In this document: one piece after another, positions 12,285 to 23,221 of the stretch
How the letters are laid out: each line of letters begins with the position of its first letter
How positions within the stretch are numbered: position 1 is the stretch's first letter
Origin: Raja brachyura
Lineage: Eukaryota
Direction: 5' to 3'
Length of the DNA: 64,000 nucleotides
NCBI GenBank assembly: GCA_963514005.1
Contig: OY740783.1
Span: 5,952,001-6,016,000 of the forward strand
Program-made: the position numbers and the translations under genes
The notes under the pieces: model-generated
What the model was told of the DNA's origin: nothing
What the model saw: the letters and a program-made list of their open reading frames with translations, nothing else
The model's database searches: none

Positions 12285-13310
12285 TAGAAACATAAAAAAT
12301 AGGTGCAGGAGGAGGCCATTTGCCCTTCGAGCCAGCACCGCCATTCATTGTGATCATGGCTGATCGTCCCCAATCAATAACCCGTGCCTGCCTTCTCCCC
12401 ATATCCCTTGACTCCACTAGCCCCTAGAGCTCTATCCACCTCTCTCTTAAATCCATCCAGTGACTTGGCCTCCACTGCCCTCTGTGGCAGTGAATTCCAT
12501 AAATTCACAATTCTCGGGGTGAAAACTTTTTTTCTCACCTCAGTCTTAAATGACCTCCCCTTTATTCTAAGACTGTGGCCCCTGGTTCTGGACTCGCCCA
12601 ACATTGGGAACATTTTTCCTGCATCTAGCTTGTCCAGTCCTTTTATAATTTTATATGTTTATATGTTTCTATAAGATTCCCCCTCACCAGCAGTGCTACC
12701 CCCCTCCTCTGCCCACCTGCCTGTCCTTTCTATAGGATGTCTAACCCTGAATATGAAGTTTCCAGGCCCGATCCTCCTGCAGCCACGTCTCAGTAATCCC
12801 CACAATGTCATATCTACCAACCTTCAACTGAGCCTCAAGCTCATCTACATTACTTCTTATACTTCACGCATTCATATACAATACTTTTAATTCCTTATGC
12901 ATCTCACCTTTCACATCGATCCCTATTACACTTGGCCATACTCTCCTATCCCTTTGTGAGCTTCCTTTCCCGTTAATTCTGGGGGTCATTAACCATCCCT
13001 TTACTGTCTTTCCCTTTAACTCCGTCCTCGACTATCCCATTTGACATCCCACCCCCTTATTCAGTTTAAAACCACCCGTGTAGCAGTGGCAAACCTGCCT
13101 GCCAGATTGCTGGTCCCCCACCTGTTAAGATGCAATCCCTCCCTTTTGTACAGTTCCCCCTTACTCCAAAACAGATCCCAGTGATCTAAGAATCTAAATC
13201 CCCGCCCCCTGCACCAGTTCCTCAGCTACACATTCAGGTCCCGTATCTGCCTGTTCCTGCTTTCGCCAGCACGAGGAACTGGAAGCAAACCGGAGATAAC
13301 AACCCTGGAG
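12285..13310 (-). mobile_element. CR1 LINE fragments (3' end plus ORF1/esterase-side piece)
   Basis: Tail CATAGAAA; FPMLGESRTRGHSLRIKG. The upstream piece resembles the CR1 ORF1-ORF2 junction. Confidence 0.8.
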
Positions 13311-13344
13311 TACTTATCTTGAATTGTCAAATCCCGCAAATTAT

Positions 13345-13813
13345 ATGCATTGCATCATGGACTGGTTCGGCAATGTGAAAGTCCAGGAACGGAAAAAGAC
13401 TGTAAAAAGTTGCAATCACTGCCCAGTCTATAACCGGCGCTGACCTCTACATCATCAAAGGGATGTATCGGAGTTGCTGCCTCAAAAAGGCAGCCAACAT
13501 CATCGGAGACTCACACCATGCGGGCACACACTCATCTCACCACTGCCATCGTGAAGAATGTACAAGAGCCTGAGAACTGTAACGTCCAGGCTATTAAACA
13601 GCACAACCTCATAAGCTCTGAACGACAATAGACTATTATTATTGCACTGTTATTGTTTGTTCTTTGAATATGTACACACACACACACACTGAACTTTTTT
13701 TTCTCACTCTCGTTTATCATATTATTTATGATGTTCACATATTCTGTTGTGCTGCAGCAAGCAAGAATGTAATTGTTCTATCTGGGACACATGACAATAA
13801 AACACACTTGACT
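13345..13813 (+). mobile_element. Degenerate Rex1/Babar-like LINE 3' fragment
   Basis: Resembles 52147-52986; ends gacaataaaacacacttgact. Confidence 0.55.
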
Positions 13814-13854
13814 CCAACTCCACCCTCAGCCTTGCATTGCACCCCAACACGAAC

Positions 13855-14151
13855 CTGGTAATGGCACTTTATACTCTTTTTGGTTGTGCCGAACCACACA
13901 GAAGATGTCGCTTCCCCCAGCCACTGCCTCGGTGATGGTTAACTTGCTGCTCCGGGTGTAAGTTCCCAACTTATTGAACACTGCCGGGTAGTTCTTCACT
14001 CCATCGACCAGGTCTGTATCATCTTTCTTCCAAGAGACACTGGCGCCCGCAGGGGAATAGCCCAACGCCAAACAACCGTAGGTGAACGAACCACTGGAGC
14101 CGTGATCCTCGCACGTGAAGAGAATGAAGGGGCTGGGGGGGGAATCAGCCG
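13855..14151 (-). CDS. IGHM: IgM Cmu1 exon
   Basis: Acceptor ttgcag; 297 bp, phase 1-1. AADSPPSPFILFTCEDHGSSGSFTYGCLALGYSPAGASVSWKKD...SSKLTITE...IFCVVRH. Donor is GTTCGT (weak). Confidence 0.92.
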
Positions 14152-14574
14152 CTGCAAGTCAAAGGTCACATGAATGTTAAACTCTCTCTCTTGCTTGTTT
14201 TGCAAAATATTCAGTGCGGAATCATTATACAGCAATTCGTTACGCAATATTCTATTTCATGAAACTTCACCCGAGTATCATAAACTATTAGTTCAACATA
14301 GAAAATGGAAACATAGAAAATAGGTGCAGGAGGAGGCCATTCGGCCCATTGAGCCAGCACCGCCATTCATTGTGATCATGGCTGATTCAACATTCCACCT
14401 TGATCCCACCTTGGAGCACATTGGCTGAAAACTTCTTAGGGTGCCAATATCTGGCAGTTACTGTCAAATGTATGCACAATTTTAAGTTGGAAATATATCA
14501 ATAGGCCTCCAGTATTAATTACTGTAAAATTCCCTGGGTTTCTCAGGAATGCTCAATGGCCATAACTAACGTTA

Positions 14575-15055
14575 CAATCTCACCAAACTCCTTGTTGTGA
14601 CTGGGGATGATGGAGTAAGGGCAGAACTAGGGGATACAGTGTGGACACGTGTGAGGGCCTCGTCTATGGTAAACGTGGGGAATACCCGCTCCCTAAAGAA
14701 TGAGGAGCGCGGATATTCTGGTATGGAACAACCCATCTTGGGAGCAGTTGCGCGGAGACGGTTGAATTTGGGAATAGGACATAGAGTCTTTGCAGGAGGC
14801 AAGGTTGGAAGAGCTGTAGTCCTGATAGCTGTGAGAGTCCGTAGATTTGCAATTTACGACAGTCGATATTCTATCTCCTGCGATGGAGACGGTGAGATAA
14901 ACAAAGTGGAGGCATTGTGTCGGGGATGGACCCGGTGAAATTGATCGTAGGGTCTCAGTTAGTAGCTAATGAAGTCCATGAGTTCTCCATGAGTATAGGA
15001 GGAAGAATACAGGGATAGGGGCAGTCTGTGTCAGGGGTTGTTCCATGTACCCAAC
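14575..15055 (-). mobile_element. Degenerate Penelope-like RT fragment
   Basis: SSFFRERVFPTFTIDEALTRV matches SSFFRERGFPSPTIDEARTRV in ORF 277-1041. Confidence 0.75.
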
Positions 15056-15060
15056 CAAAT

Positions 15061-16923
15061 GGAAATTGGTGAAATGATGTGGAATGTTGGAAACAAAATG
15101 TTCTGCTATTTTAATTATAGAACAGGGTATCCCACTAATACTTGAATAGAATGAGAATTGGAATCGATGGCTCAAAGGAGGATTTGACTGATGTTCAAAA
15201 TTACATTTGCATTAATTTAATTAAAATTAAATAATTAGGTAGGTTTCGCTTGGACCCATGAGAGTGCCCATGGCAAAACATTTGATTTGGAGAGAAGAGT
15301 TTGGGTTTTATAAATGGTTCAGAGACTATCCGATCAATTCACAGAAATTGGAAAGATGACTGGTTTACCATATCGGGCTCCCGAACATAAATTGAGAGAA
15401 GACAAAAAAAAAATCACAATCTTGCCATGAACTTGTCCCTAAAATGTGTCAATCGAACCAAACCAACTAAGGAGGTGGATGGGATTGAAATGGTAGCTCT
15501 ATTATTTAACAACAAATAACACACCTAAAATGTCACTTTGCACTGTATTTTGTGAAATATCACTCCTATCACTCACGAAAATATACTGATCATTTGTATG
15601 CCGACAGTAATTACAAGTAAATTCCGAAAAGCAATCCAGCCGACATTGGATAAGAACATTACATTCATACCAGATAAAAAATATGGAAGAGATTGCATTG
15701 GTAAAGATTTTAATTAACTCTCTCAATATAATGTCTACATTAATAAACGTTATGTATTCCAACATCTGGAAGCTAAATGTAGCATATAAATTGTAAGAAC
15801 ACTCCTGACTCAAAATTAATAATATTAGGAATATTAGAACACATCAATTAATAACAACGAATAAAATAATTTTTATCGATTACAGTTTAATAATTGGGAA
15901 AAAATTAATATTGAAATTTTGGAAAGGTCCTACATCCCCCACAATCAAAATGTGGATTACAGGAATATCGGAGACACTTCACCTGGAAAGATTAAGACTT
16001 GTCCTACTGGGCAAGTTGGATCAATTCAGAGGGATATGGTCTCCATTTATTGAATATTTAAAGGGTCAAAATGGCTCGGGCGAGAACCTGACTGAAGCCT
16101 GAATGAAGGAATAGATGAAGAATCACATATAATAATCCATGGATATATCTCCAATGATGTATAACCTGCTCAATACTTCATTCATCTTTTTGATTTTCTA
16201 TTTTTACTTTATTTTTCTCTATTATTTTCTACCTGTATTAAAAATTTAAAAAAATGCATAGAAGTACAAATAAGAAATAATTGTTAATATTAATGTGACA
16301 TGTATATTCTTCCTTTAATATGTACTTCTAATAAAAATATTTAACAAAAAGAAAAATAAATAAATAGTAAGAACATGTTAGTACTTCGCCATTGAATCAA
16401 TTGGCACAGGTTTCAAATGTTTGTCTGTGTGCACCATTGCAATGGACTGTCCCTTAATGGATTCAAAAATTAATCAAATGAATAATAATGTTTTTGCAAT
16501 GACGCTCAGTTCCGTTTCCAGCATCTTTAAAACGAGTTTACGTTTACAATATCATCGGCACTGGAGAACGAATGATTAGCGTTGTATCACTGTCTGATCA
16601 GAAACGAATTAAAAAGATACCCATCATAAATTACAACCTGCAATCTATTAAAAAAAAATTCGAAGTTTGCTTCGTGACTTTAACGGCAAAAGTCTTTAAT
16701 TCATATAGAGGAAGTCTACTTTTAATAGTGAAAATGCACAATGTTGGTAAATCAATGTTTTAATTAATTAAATGCAAATGTAATTTTGAACGTCGCTCAA
16801 ACCCTCCTATGAGCCATCGATTTAAATTCTGATTCTATTCAAGGATTAGTGGGATACCCTGTTCTATAATTAAAATAGCAGAAAATGTTGTTTCCAACAT
16901 TCCACTTCATTTCCCCAATTTCC
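15061..16923. repeat. ~165-bp inverted duplication in the JH-Cmu intron (arms ~15061-15225 and ~16761-16923), each arm with an octamer
   Basis: The arms align as reverse complements. ATTTGCAT at 15205-15212 and ATGCAAAT at 16772-16779. Confidence 0.85.
15810..16365 (+). mobile_element. L1-clade LINE 3' end
   Basis: KKLILKFWK..TSPTIKMW...LHLERL...FRGIWSPFIEYL resembles a fish L1 ORF2 C-terminus. Followed by an AT-rich UTR, AATAAA and an A-rich tail. Confidence 0.65.
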
Positions 16924-18293
16924 TTTTTTTTACCGTAAATTACATTTTGCAATTTAGTAAATAGAGGAACGTTATGTTTAAATGACATTGGGCGCCTTAG
17001 ACAAAATTTGATTTCAAATTGTCTTTCTAATAAATGCGTGGATTCAAAATTATTTAAATACTACAGCTGTTCCGAAATGTCCCCATTTGACATTCAACGT
17101 ATTTTCCAAATAGGTAATGTCGTGGTATTGAACAGGAAATTGAGACATGGGTCATCGGGTCGGGCAACACTTGTGGAAGGGGAAAACCAATACATTTCCA
17201 GGTCAACGATACTTGGATGACCAGTTCATGGCAAATTCAATTAAGATTAGAGATGGAACAAAGAAATAGATCTTTCTGCCAACCGAATCCACGGCGACAC
17301 ACACGTTCTACCCCAATACCGATGTCAGGCCAACTGCTCTGTCATTCCCTGCTTTCTCTCTCCCTCCTATCTTGAAAAGTGGGATCACATTATCTACCCT
17401 TAATCCACAGGAACTGATGCAGAATCTATAGGACATTGGAGACTGATTACCAATGCTTCCACGATATGGAGACACACCGCCTTCCCAACCCATTGTTCAA
17501 GCGATTTTGATTGCAACATGCGCCTTAATTGAGTTCAACAAAGAAACTGACAAGTTACTAAAGAACTATGCACTTCTGTGCTTTGCTGCAAGAAAATGAT
17601 ACATCTTCAATGCAAGTTTTGTTAGCCATTGGATCAAAGGTGGCAATGCGATTCCACCAATTAATACATGCACTTCTTAAATACAAAACTTGGACATTTT
17701 ACACCCAGGATTTATCCCTTTCTATCGTTTGTTTCATATAGAAACATAGAAAATAGGTGCAGGAGGAGGCCATTCGGCCCTTCGAGCCAGCACCGCCATT
17801 CATTGTGATCATGGCTGATCATCCCCAATCAATAACCCGTGCCTGCCTTCTCCCCATATACCTTGATTCCACTAGCCCCTAGAGCTCTATCTAACTCTCT
17901 CTTAAATCCATGCGTTGAGAAATATGCGTTGAGAACAAACAAACTGAGACAAAGCACCCGCTGTTGATCAGAAAACACAGTTAGATGCATCGCTGATCTA
18001 GGACCACAACAGTCTCAAACAATTTGAAAGCATGGTGAAGGCAAATTCAAGCACATTTTTCGACTAATTAGGAACTAAATCACACCCGTTTCATCGTCAA
18101 AGGATCGAAGTCATAGCATACAAGGCACGTTTAATTCGGGAATCTTACTGCAGCGAAATCACATAACATTCTAAAGCAACATCGATCCAACATTGCAATG
18201 AATTGGTAATTAATGCAGAAGACAATTATTGGAATTATATATTAAAATTACAACTGGATACATCTAGAGACTGAATAGGATGAAGTTTCTTAC

Positions 18294-18380
18294 CGTTGGT
18301 TACGGTCAACATGGTGCCTCCTCCCCAGTAGCCAAGATAGTCACGGTGTTACATTCTATGGGGTTCTTCACACAATAACA
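18294..18380 (-). CDS. IGHJ: JH segment (coding 18294-18341, YLGYWGGGTMLTVTN) with 23-RSS
   Basis: WGxG motif and donor GTAAG at 18293. CACGGTG-23-ACAATAACA at 18342-18380 (+). Confidence 0.95.
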
Positions 18381-18707
18381 TGATCTGCACCAGGCAGGCA
18401 AAAAAGAACACAATTCCTGTAAGTATTCGTATTTCACATCGAAGGCGAATGCCTTATTGCTCTTTGAAAACAATGAATGCGTTAAAAATATAATTTCCAA
18501 CAAGAATCAGGTGCCAAGGTGCCGTGTATTTTACAGGGCAGTGACATGTGATTAGAATAATTTACATGTAAAATATAAATTACCACAAGTTGCCAATACA
18601 ATAAAAGGTGCTAAAATAGTCCTGGACATGTTTATGCTCCTGTAGTATGAGATATTAAATTGAAAATAGCATATACTGACCCAGACCACGGTATTATGGG
18701 TTGTGGA

Positions 18708-18771
18708 TGTTTTTGTATTGGTAGGAACCGCTGTGCCAGTATACACAGTGAAACATGGCATGACAAATACT
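18708..18771 (-). other. IGHD: DH2 segment (coding 18736-18743, TATACTGG) with 12/12 RSS
   Basis: CACAGTG-12-ACAAATACT at 18744-18771 (+). CACAGCG-12-ACAAAAACA at 18735-18708 (-). Confidence 0.93.
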
Positions 18772-19021
18772 TCACTCTTCAAGAACTGATGCATGCACTG
18801 CTCACAGAGGATATGTCCCCGGGCACTATTCGCCGTCACTTTTAAAGCTAAACGGTGTTCTTCCAAAGCTCATATAACATAACGTTAACTGGTCGGAAGA
18901 TAGTTGGACATTTCTCAAAAACAATCCATATAACTTTAAGCAGTGAACTTCCATTTGAATTTGCTTCGCTCGGCTCTCCAGCTGTGCTCGTAGGTTGGAA
19001 CAGGAGAAAACTAGGTGTGGG

Positions 19022-19099
19022 GGTTTTTGTACGGGGAAGTCGCTGTATGCAGCACCGTGACCCACTGTATACACAGTGAGACATACCCGCACAAAAACC
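19022..19099 (-). other. IGHD: DH1 segment (coding 19060-19071, TATACAGTGGGT) with V-side 12-RSS and J-side 22-RSS
   Basis: CACAGTG-12-ACAAAAACC at 19072-19099 (+ strand). CACGGTG-22-ACAAAAACC at 19059-19022 (- strand). This is the typical elasmobranch D1 arrangement. Confidence 0.95.
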
Positions 19100-19651
19100 T
19101 CCCATACGGTTCACACTCAGGTTTCATTTGAAATGGCCTTCGACACGATTTTAAATGGCCCAGCAGTTCACAGAGAACATAGAAACATAGAAAATAGGTG
19201 CAAGAGTAGGCCATTCGGCCCTTCGATCATCCAACTCAGTATCCTGTACCTGCCTTCTCTCCATACCCTCTGATCCCCTTAGCCACAAGGGCCACATCCA
19301 ACTCCCTCTTAAATATAGCCAATGAACTGGAACATAGTAGACATAACACCAACAATCTCCCTGCATCTCAACTGCGTAATGGAATCAGCATATATTCGAG
19401 GTCTATGATTGTACACAACGCTGTCGGTATGAGTGAAGGAAAGAACAAACCAATCTCACTTGAATGCGCAGGTTACATTTTGAATAATTGCTAGGTTTAT
19501 TCTTTGAACCCTTTTTAAACAATGGAACAACATATCGTGTTAGATTTGCCAACGGTAGTTTGTGCTCCATTTTCCGACTGTTATTATAGCTGTTGAAAAA
19601 AAAATTCTCACCTCTGGTCTTTGATGGTGAAAGCTGGACATCCCAACGTGC

Positions 19652-19690
19652 CGCTCTTGTACGGGTCTGTCACTGAATCCTCACACTGTG
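19652..19690 (-). promoter_or_regulatory. VH recombination signal sequence (23-bp spacer)
   Basis: CACAGTG + 23 nt + ACAAGAGCG (degenerate nonamer). Confidence 0.9.
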
Positions 19691-19991
19691 TCTCTCGCAC
19701 AGTAATAGACAGCGGTGTCTTCGATCCTCAGGTCCCTGGCGGTCACGCTGAACATATTCGAATTGTCTTTGGACGGAGTAAATCGGCTCTCTATCCCCGG
19801 AGCGAAGTACTTGTCAGAAGGAGAGTTGTAGTAAAGCAGCCACTCCAGCCCCTGCCCGGGGACCTGACGGACCAAACTCATGTAGTAGCTGCTAAGAGTG
19901 AACCCGCTGGTTTTACATTCCAGTGTGATGGAGCCTCCAGGACGGGCCGTCGCTGTCTTGGACTGAGTTAGAACGACCTCGGAATGGACAC
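19691..19991 (-). CDS. IGHV: Immunoglobulin VH exon, germline and unrearranged
   Basis: Acceptor ttgcag. Translates EVVLTQSKTATARPGGSITLECKTSGFTLSSYYMSLVRQVPGQGLEWLLYYNSPSDKYFAPGIESRFTPSKDNSNMFSVTARDLRIEDTAVYYCAR with both Cys, RQxPGQGLEW and DTAVYYCAR motifs. Followed directly by an RSS. Confidence 0.96.
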
Positions 19992-20153
19992 CTGCAAGTT
20001 ATAAAAGGCATGAATGGTGAGGATAAAATACTGACAATTAATCCCCGACACTAATTATCAAGAGGAAAGACATTGGGAGGGTTGAAGAGTGGGTAGAAGG
20101 GGAATGGCGTTGGGGATCTACCACGTGAGGATTTTGTCCAACTCGTTACTCAC

Positions 20154-20199
20154 GGACTATTAATGCCAGGAACAGACTCAGTGAAACCGCCGACCTCAT
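20154..20199 (-). CDS. IGHV: IgM heavy chain leader exon (MRSAVSLSLFLALIV, phase 1)
   Basis: ATG at 20199, hydrophobic signal peptide, donor GTGAGT at 20153. Joins the V exon in frame to give ...LIV-R-VHS/EVVLTQ. Confidence 0.92.
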
Positions 20200-20284
20200 C
20201 CCGCTGGGAAGTGTGACCCGGTTTGTTTCTGTACAGAACCTCGCAACAAACCAACTGCAAGGAAGATGGATTTCGGACCCTCTT

Positions 20285-20365
20285 AGAGAGAATTAAATAC
20301 CCGGCAAAAGAGGGCGTGGCTGTGGGCGGGGCCTGTAAACCGAGTGGTGCAACGGGCGGAGCTGA
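20285..20365 (-). promoter_or_regulatory. Candidate VH promoter (TATA-like box plus GC boxes)
   Basis: TATTTAA at 20299-20293, about 95 bp upstream of the ATG. GGGCGTGG at 20312-20319, GGGCGGGG at 20324-20331, GGGCGG at 20354-20359. No octamer seen. Confidence 0.6.
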
Positions 20366-20376
20366 GACACGGCTCC

Positions 20377-21051
20377 CATAGAAACATAGAAACACAGGTG
20401 CAGGAGTAGGCCATTCGGCCCTTCGAGCCTGCACCGCCATTCAATATGATCATGGCTGATCATCCAACTCAGTATCCTGTACCTGCCTTCTCTCCATACC
20501 CCCTGATCCCTCTAGCCACAAGGGCCACATTTAACTCCCTCTTAAATATAGCCAATGAACTGGCCTCAACTACCTTCTGTGGCAGAGAATTCCACAGACT
20601 CACCACTCTCTGTGTGAAAAATGTTTTTCTCATCTCGGTCCTAAAAAATTTCCCCCTTATCCTTAAACTGTGACCCCTTGTTCTGGACTTCCCCAACATC
20701 GGGAACAATCTTCCTGCATCTAGCCTGCCCAACCCCTTGAGAATGTTGTAAGTTTCTATAAGATCCCCCCTCAATCTTCTAAATTCTATAGAAACTTACA
20801 AAAAAACATTTTTCACACAGAGAGTGGTGAGTCTCTGGAATTATCTGCCACAGAAGGTGGTTGAGGCCAGTTCATTGGCTATATTTAAGAGGGAGTTAGA
20901 TGTGGCCCTTGTGGCTAAAGGGATCAGAGGGTATGGAGAGAAGGCAGGTACAGGATACTGAGTTGGATGATCAGCCATGATCACATTGAATGGCGGTGCA
21001 GGCTCGAATGGCCGAATGGCCTACTCCTGCACCTAATTTCTATGTTTCTAT
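20377..21051. mobile_element. Fold-back pair of CR1 3' ends just upstream of the VH promoter
   Basis: Minus-strand 3' fragment ~20377-20790 and plus-strand 3' fragment ~20790-21051, each ending in the 8-bp tail. Confidence 0.85.
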
Positions 21052-21388
21052 GCAATGACATGGGCTCAAGAAACGACCATGCGTCGCAAGGCCTATATGG
21101 AGTCCACTGGGAAAAAATAAATGTTTCATCAGAGATAGCTACTTGAGGTAACGGAGGTTGAAACCTTCCCATGTGATTCAGCGCGGTCTAATTTAAAACA
21201 GACCGACAAGGCAGATTATTTTTCATTGCACCGCTGTATTCAGTGGTTTCGAAATGCCAGGATGCAAAAGCACAGCCTATGCATTGACAGTTGTCAACAT
21301 TAATTGAAGGATGAAAACCATAGATTCAGGCTGAACAAAATGGAAATGAAATGATAAGAGATGTGAGTGTGTGAGCAATATTTGAGGA

Positions 21389-21389
<1 letters not shown>

Positions 21390-21449
<60 letters not shown>

Positions 21450-21481
21450 GGCAGACAGACAGACAGACAGACAGACAGACA
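21390..21481. repeat. (GACA)n microsatellite
   Basis: Visible directly in the sequence. Confidence 0.95.
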
Positions 21482-23221
21482 GGCCTTCGTTGTTTTCAAA
21501 GGTAGACGCAGAATGCTGGTGACATAGAAACATCGAAAATAGGTGCAGCAGGAGGCCACTCGGCCCATCGAGCCAGCACCGCCATTCATTGTGATCATGG
21601 CTGATCGTCCCCTATCAATAACCCGTACCTGCCTTCTCCCCATATCCCTTGACTCCACTAGTCCCTAGAACTCTATCTAACACTCTCTTAAATCCATCCA
21701 GTGACTTGGCCTCCACTGCCCTCTGCGGCAGGGAATTCCATAAATTCACTACTCTCTGGGTGAAAACGTTTTTTTCTCCCCTTTATTCTAAGACATTTAT
21801 TCCCCTTTATTCTGGCGTTTCTGGTCGAGACCCTTCTTCAGACTTCTCCAGAGATACAGTCTGTCACCATTGAGTTACTCCAGCATTTTGTGTCTGCCTT
21901 CGATTTAAACCAGCACCTGCAGTTCCTTCCTACACATTCGTTGTCAATATCGAATCATATTGGGACTGTCTATTCTAATTTCGAGATTAGTTACAGAAAA
22001 GGCAGTAGGGAGAAATGATAATAATGCAAACACAACGTTATATTAAAATGCCATCAAGAGTTCCAAAGGAAATTAATGGATGTTATGGTGCAGGAGTGGA
22101 ATTGTAGATCTGTCGAGTGATTGGAGAAATTATTGGCATTAGGGACGATTCCTGTAGTGTTGATATTCCAAAGAGCAAAGTTGAATGAAGACAAGTTCCA
22201 AACAATGAATCAATTAACACATTTGTTGGACAGTGTTCCAATGATCCAGACTGCACTGGTTGGGCGAATGGTGTCTAATAGAGATATCTGAAGAAGAATC
22301 CACTAGTGTTATCAGAGGAGATAGATAGAAATAGTCATTAACCGATGTGTGAGGAAAACACGAGGAATGTCGAACATTTAAGGTGCAGACAGGCAAATCA
22401 ATGTTCCTGCGTTCCAACATACTATTCTTCCACGACTTTGAATTGGAATTAATTATTGTATTTTCTGTGCATCTGTGAATTTGTTACATGTGGCATTCAA
22501 ATGTATGCAGAGAATGCTATTGATCCCAGCCATTGTTGGAAAATATGATACATGTTCTTAGTTAACCTAGCTTTGTAGGGAATATTGTGTTAAAGAAGGA
22601 ACTGCAGATGCTGGAGAATCGAGGGTACACAAAAGAACGTTTCGGGCCGAAACGTCGCCTATCTCCTTCGCTCCTTAGATGCTGCTGCACCCGCTGAGTT
22701 TCTCCAGCCTTTTGTGCACCTTTGAAGGGAATATTATTGACTACCATCATCCATATGCACTTCAACTTTGTTTATTGTTTCTACGAGTGAACGTTGACAA
22801 CTTAAAATAAATGTCTCTGAAGTAGTCAGTTGGGACATTTGCATTTCTTTCTCACTTTATCAGTTTTGCGCCTCTCGGGAAACATTGACTCCGTTTCAGT
22901 CCTTCAGTAAACGAACTTAGGCCTGGGGCTGTTGAAATCAGCGTTTATTTAAATCAGCTCATCTCTGTTTCCAGCCACTTTTAGAGCAACACAAACAAGG
23001 CAATGAAGACACCATTCTCAACGGCGATGATATGTTTTAAGGATATTGGCAGTTGGCGCGAATCAACTGAATTCTCTGAAGGAGTCTATTTCTTCATTTC
23101 TCATTCAAATAAATTGATGGGATTTAAAATTATGGATTCACTTCAGAATATTATTTTGCTGTCCACTTGAATCTCCACTTGCAGGGATGTTTGAGCAAAC
23201 GAGGTCAATGGAGGAATCACA

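Noticed and set aside
7704-14151. IgW or IgNAR assignment
   Set aside because: Four C domains, mu-like Cmu2-4 sequences, an IgM-type tail and TM, and a conventional VH with full FR2/CDR2 all point to IgM.
19698-19704. Cryptic heptamer (TACTGTG) at the VH 3' end
   Set aside because: A common feature of VH genes dictated by the YYC codons; not novel.
18294-19991. Germline-joined VDJ gene
   Set aside because: V, D1, D2 and J are separate and each retains its RSS.
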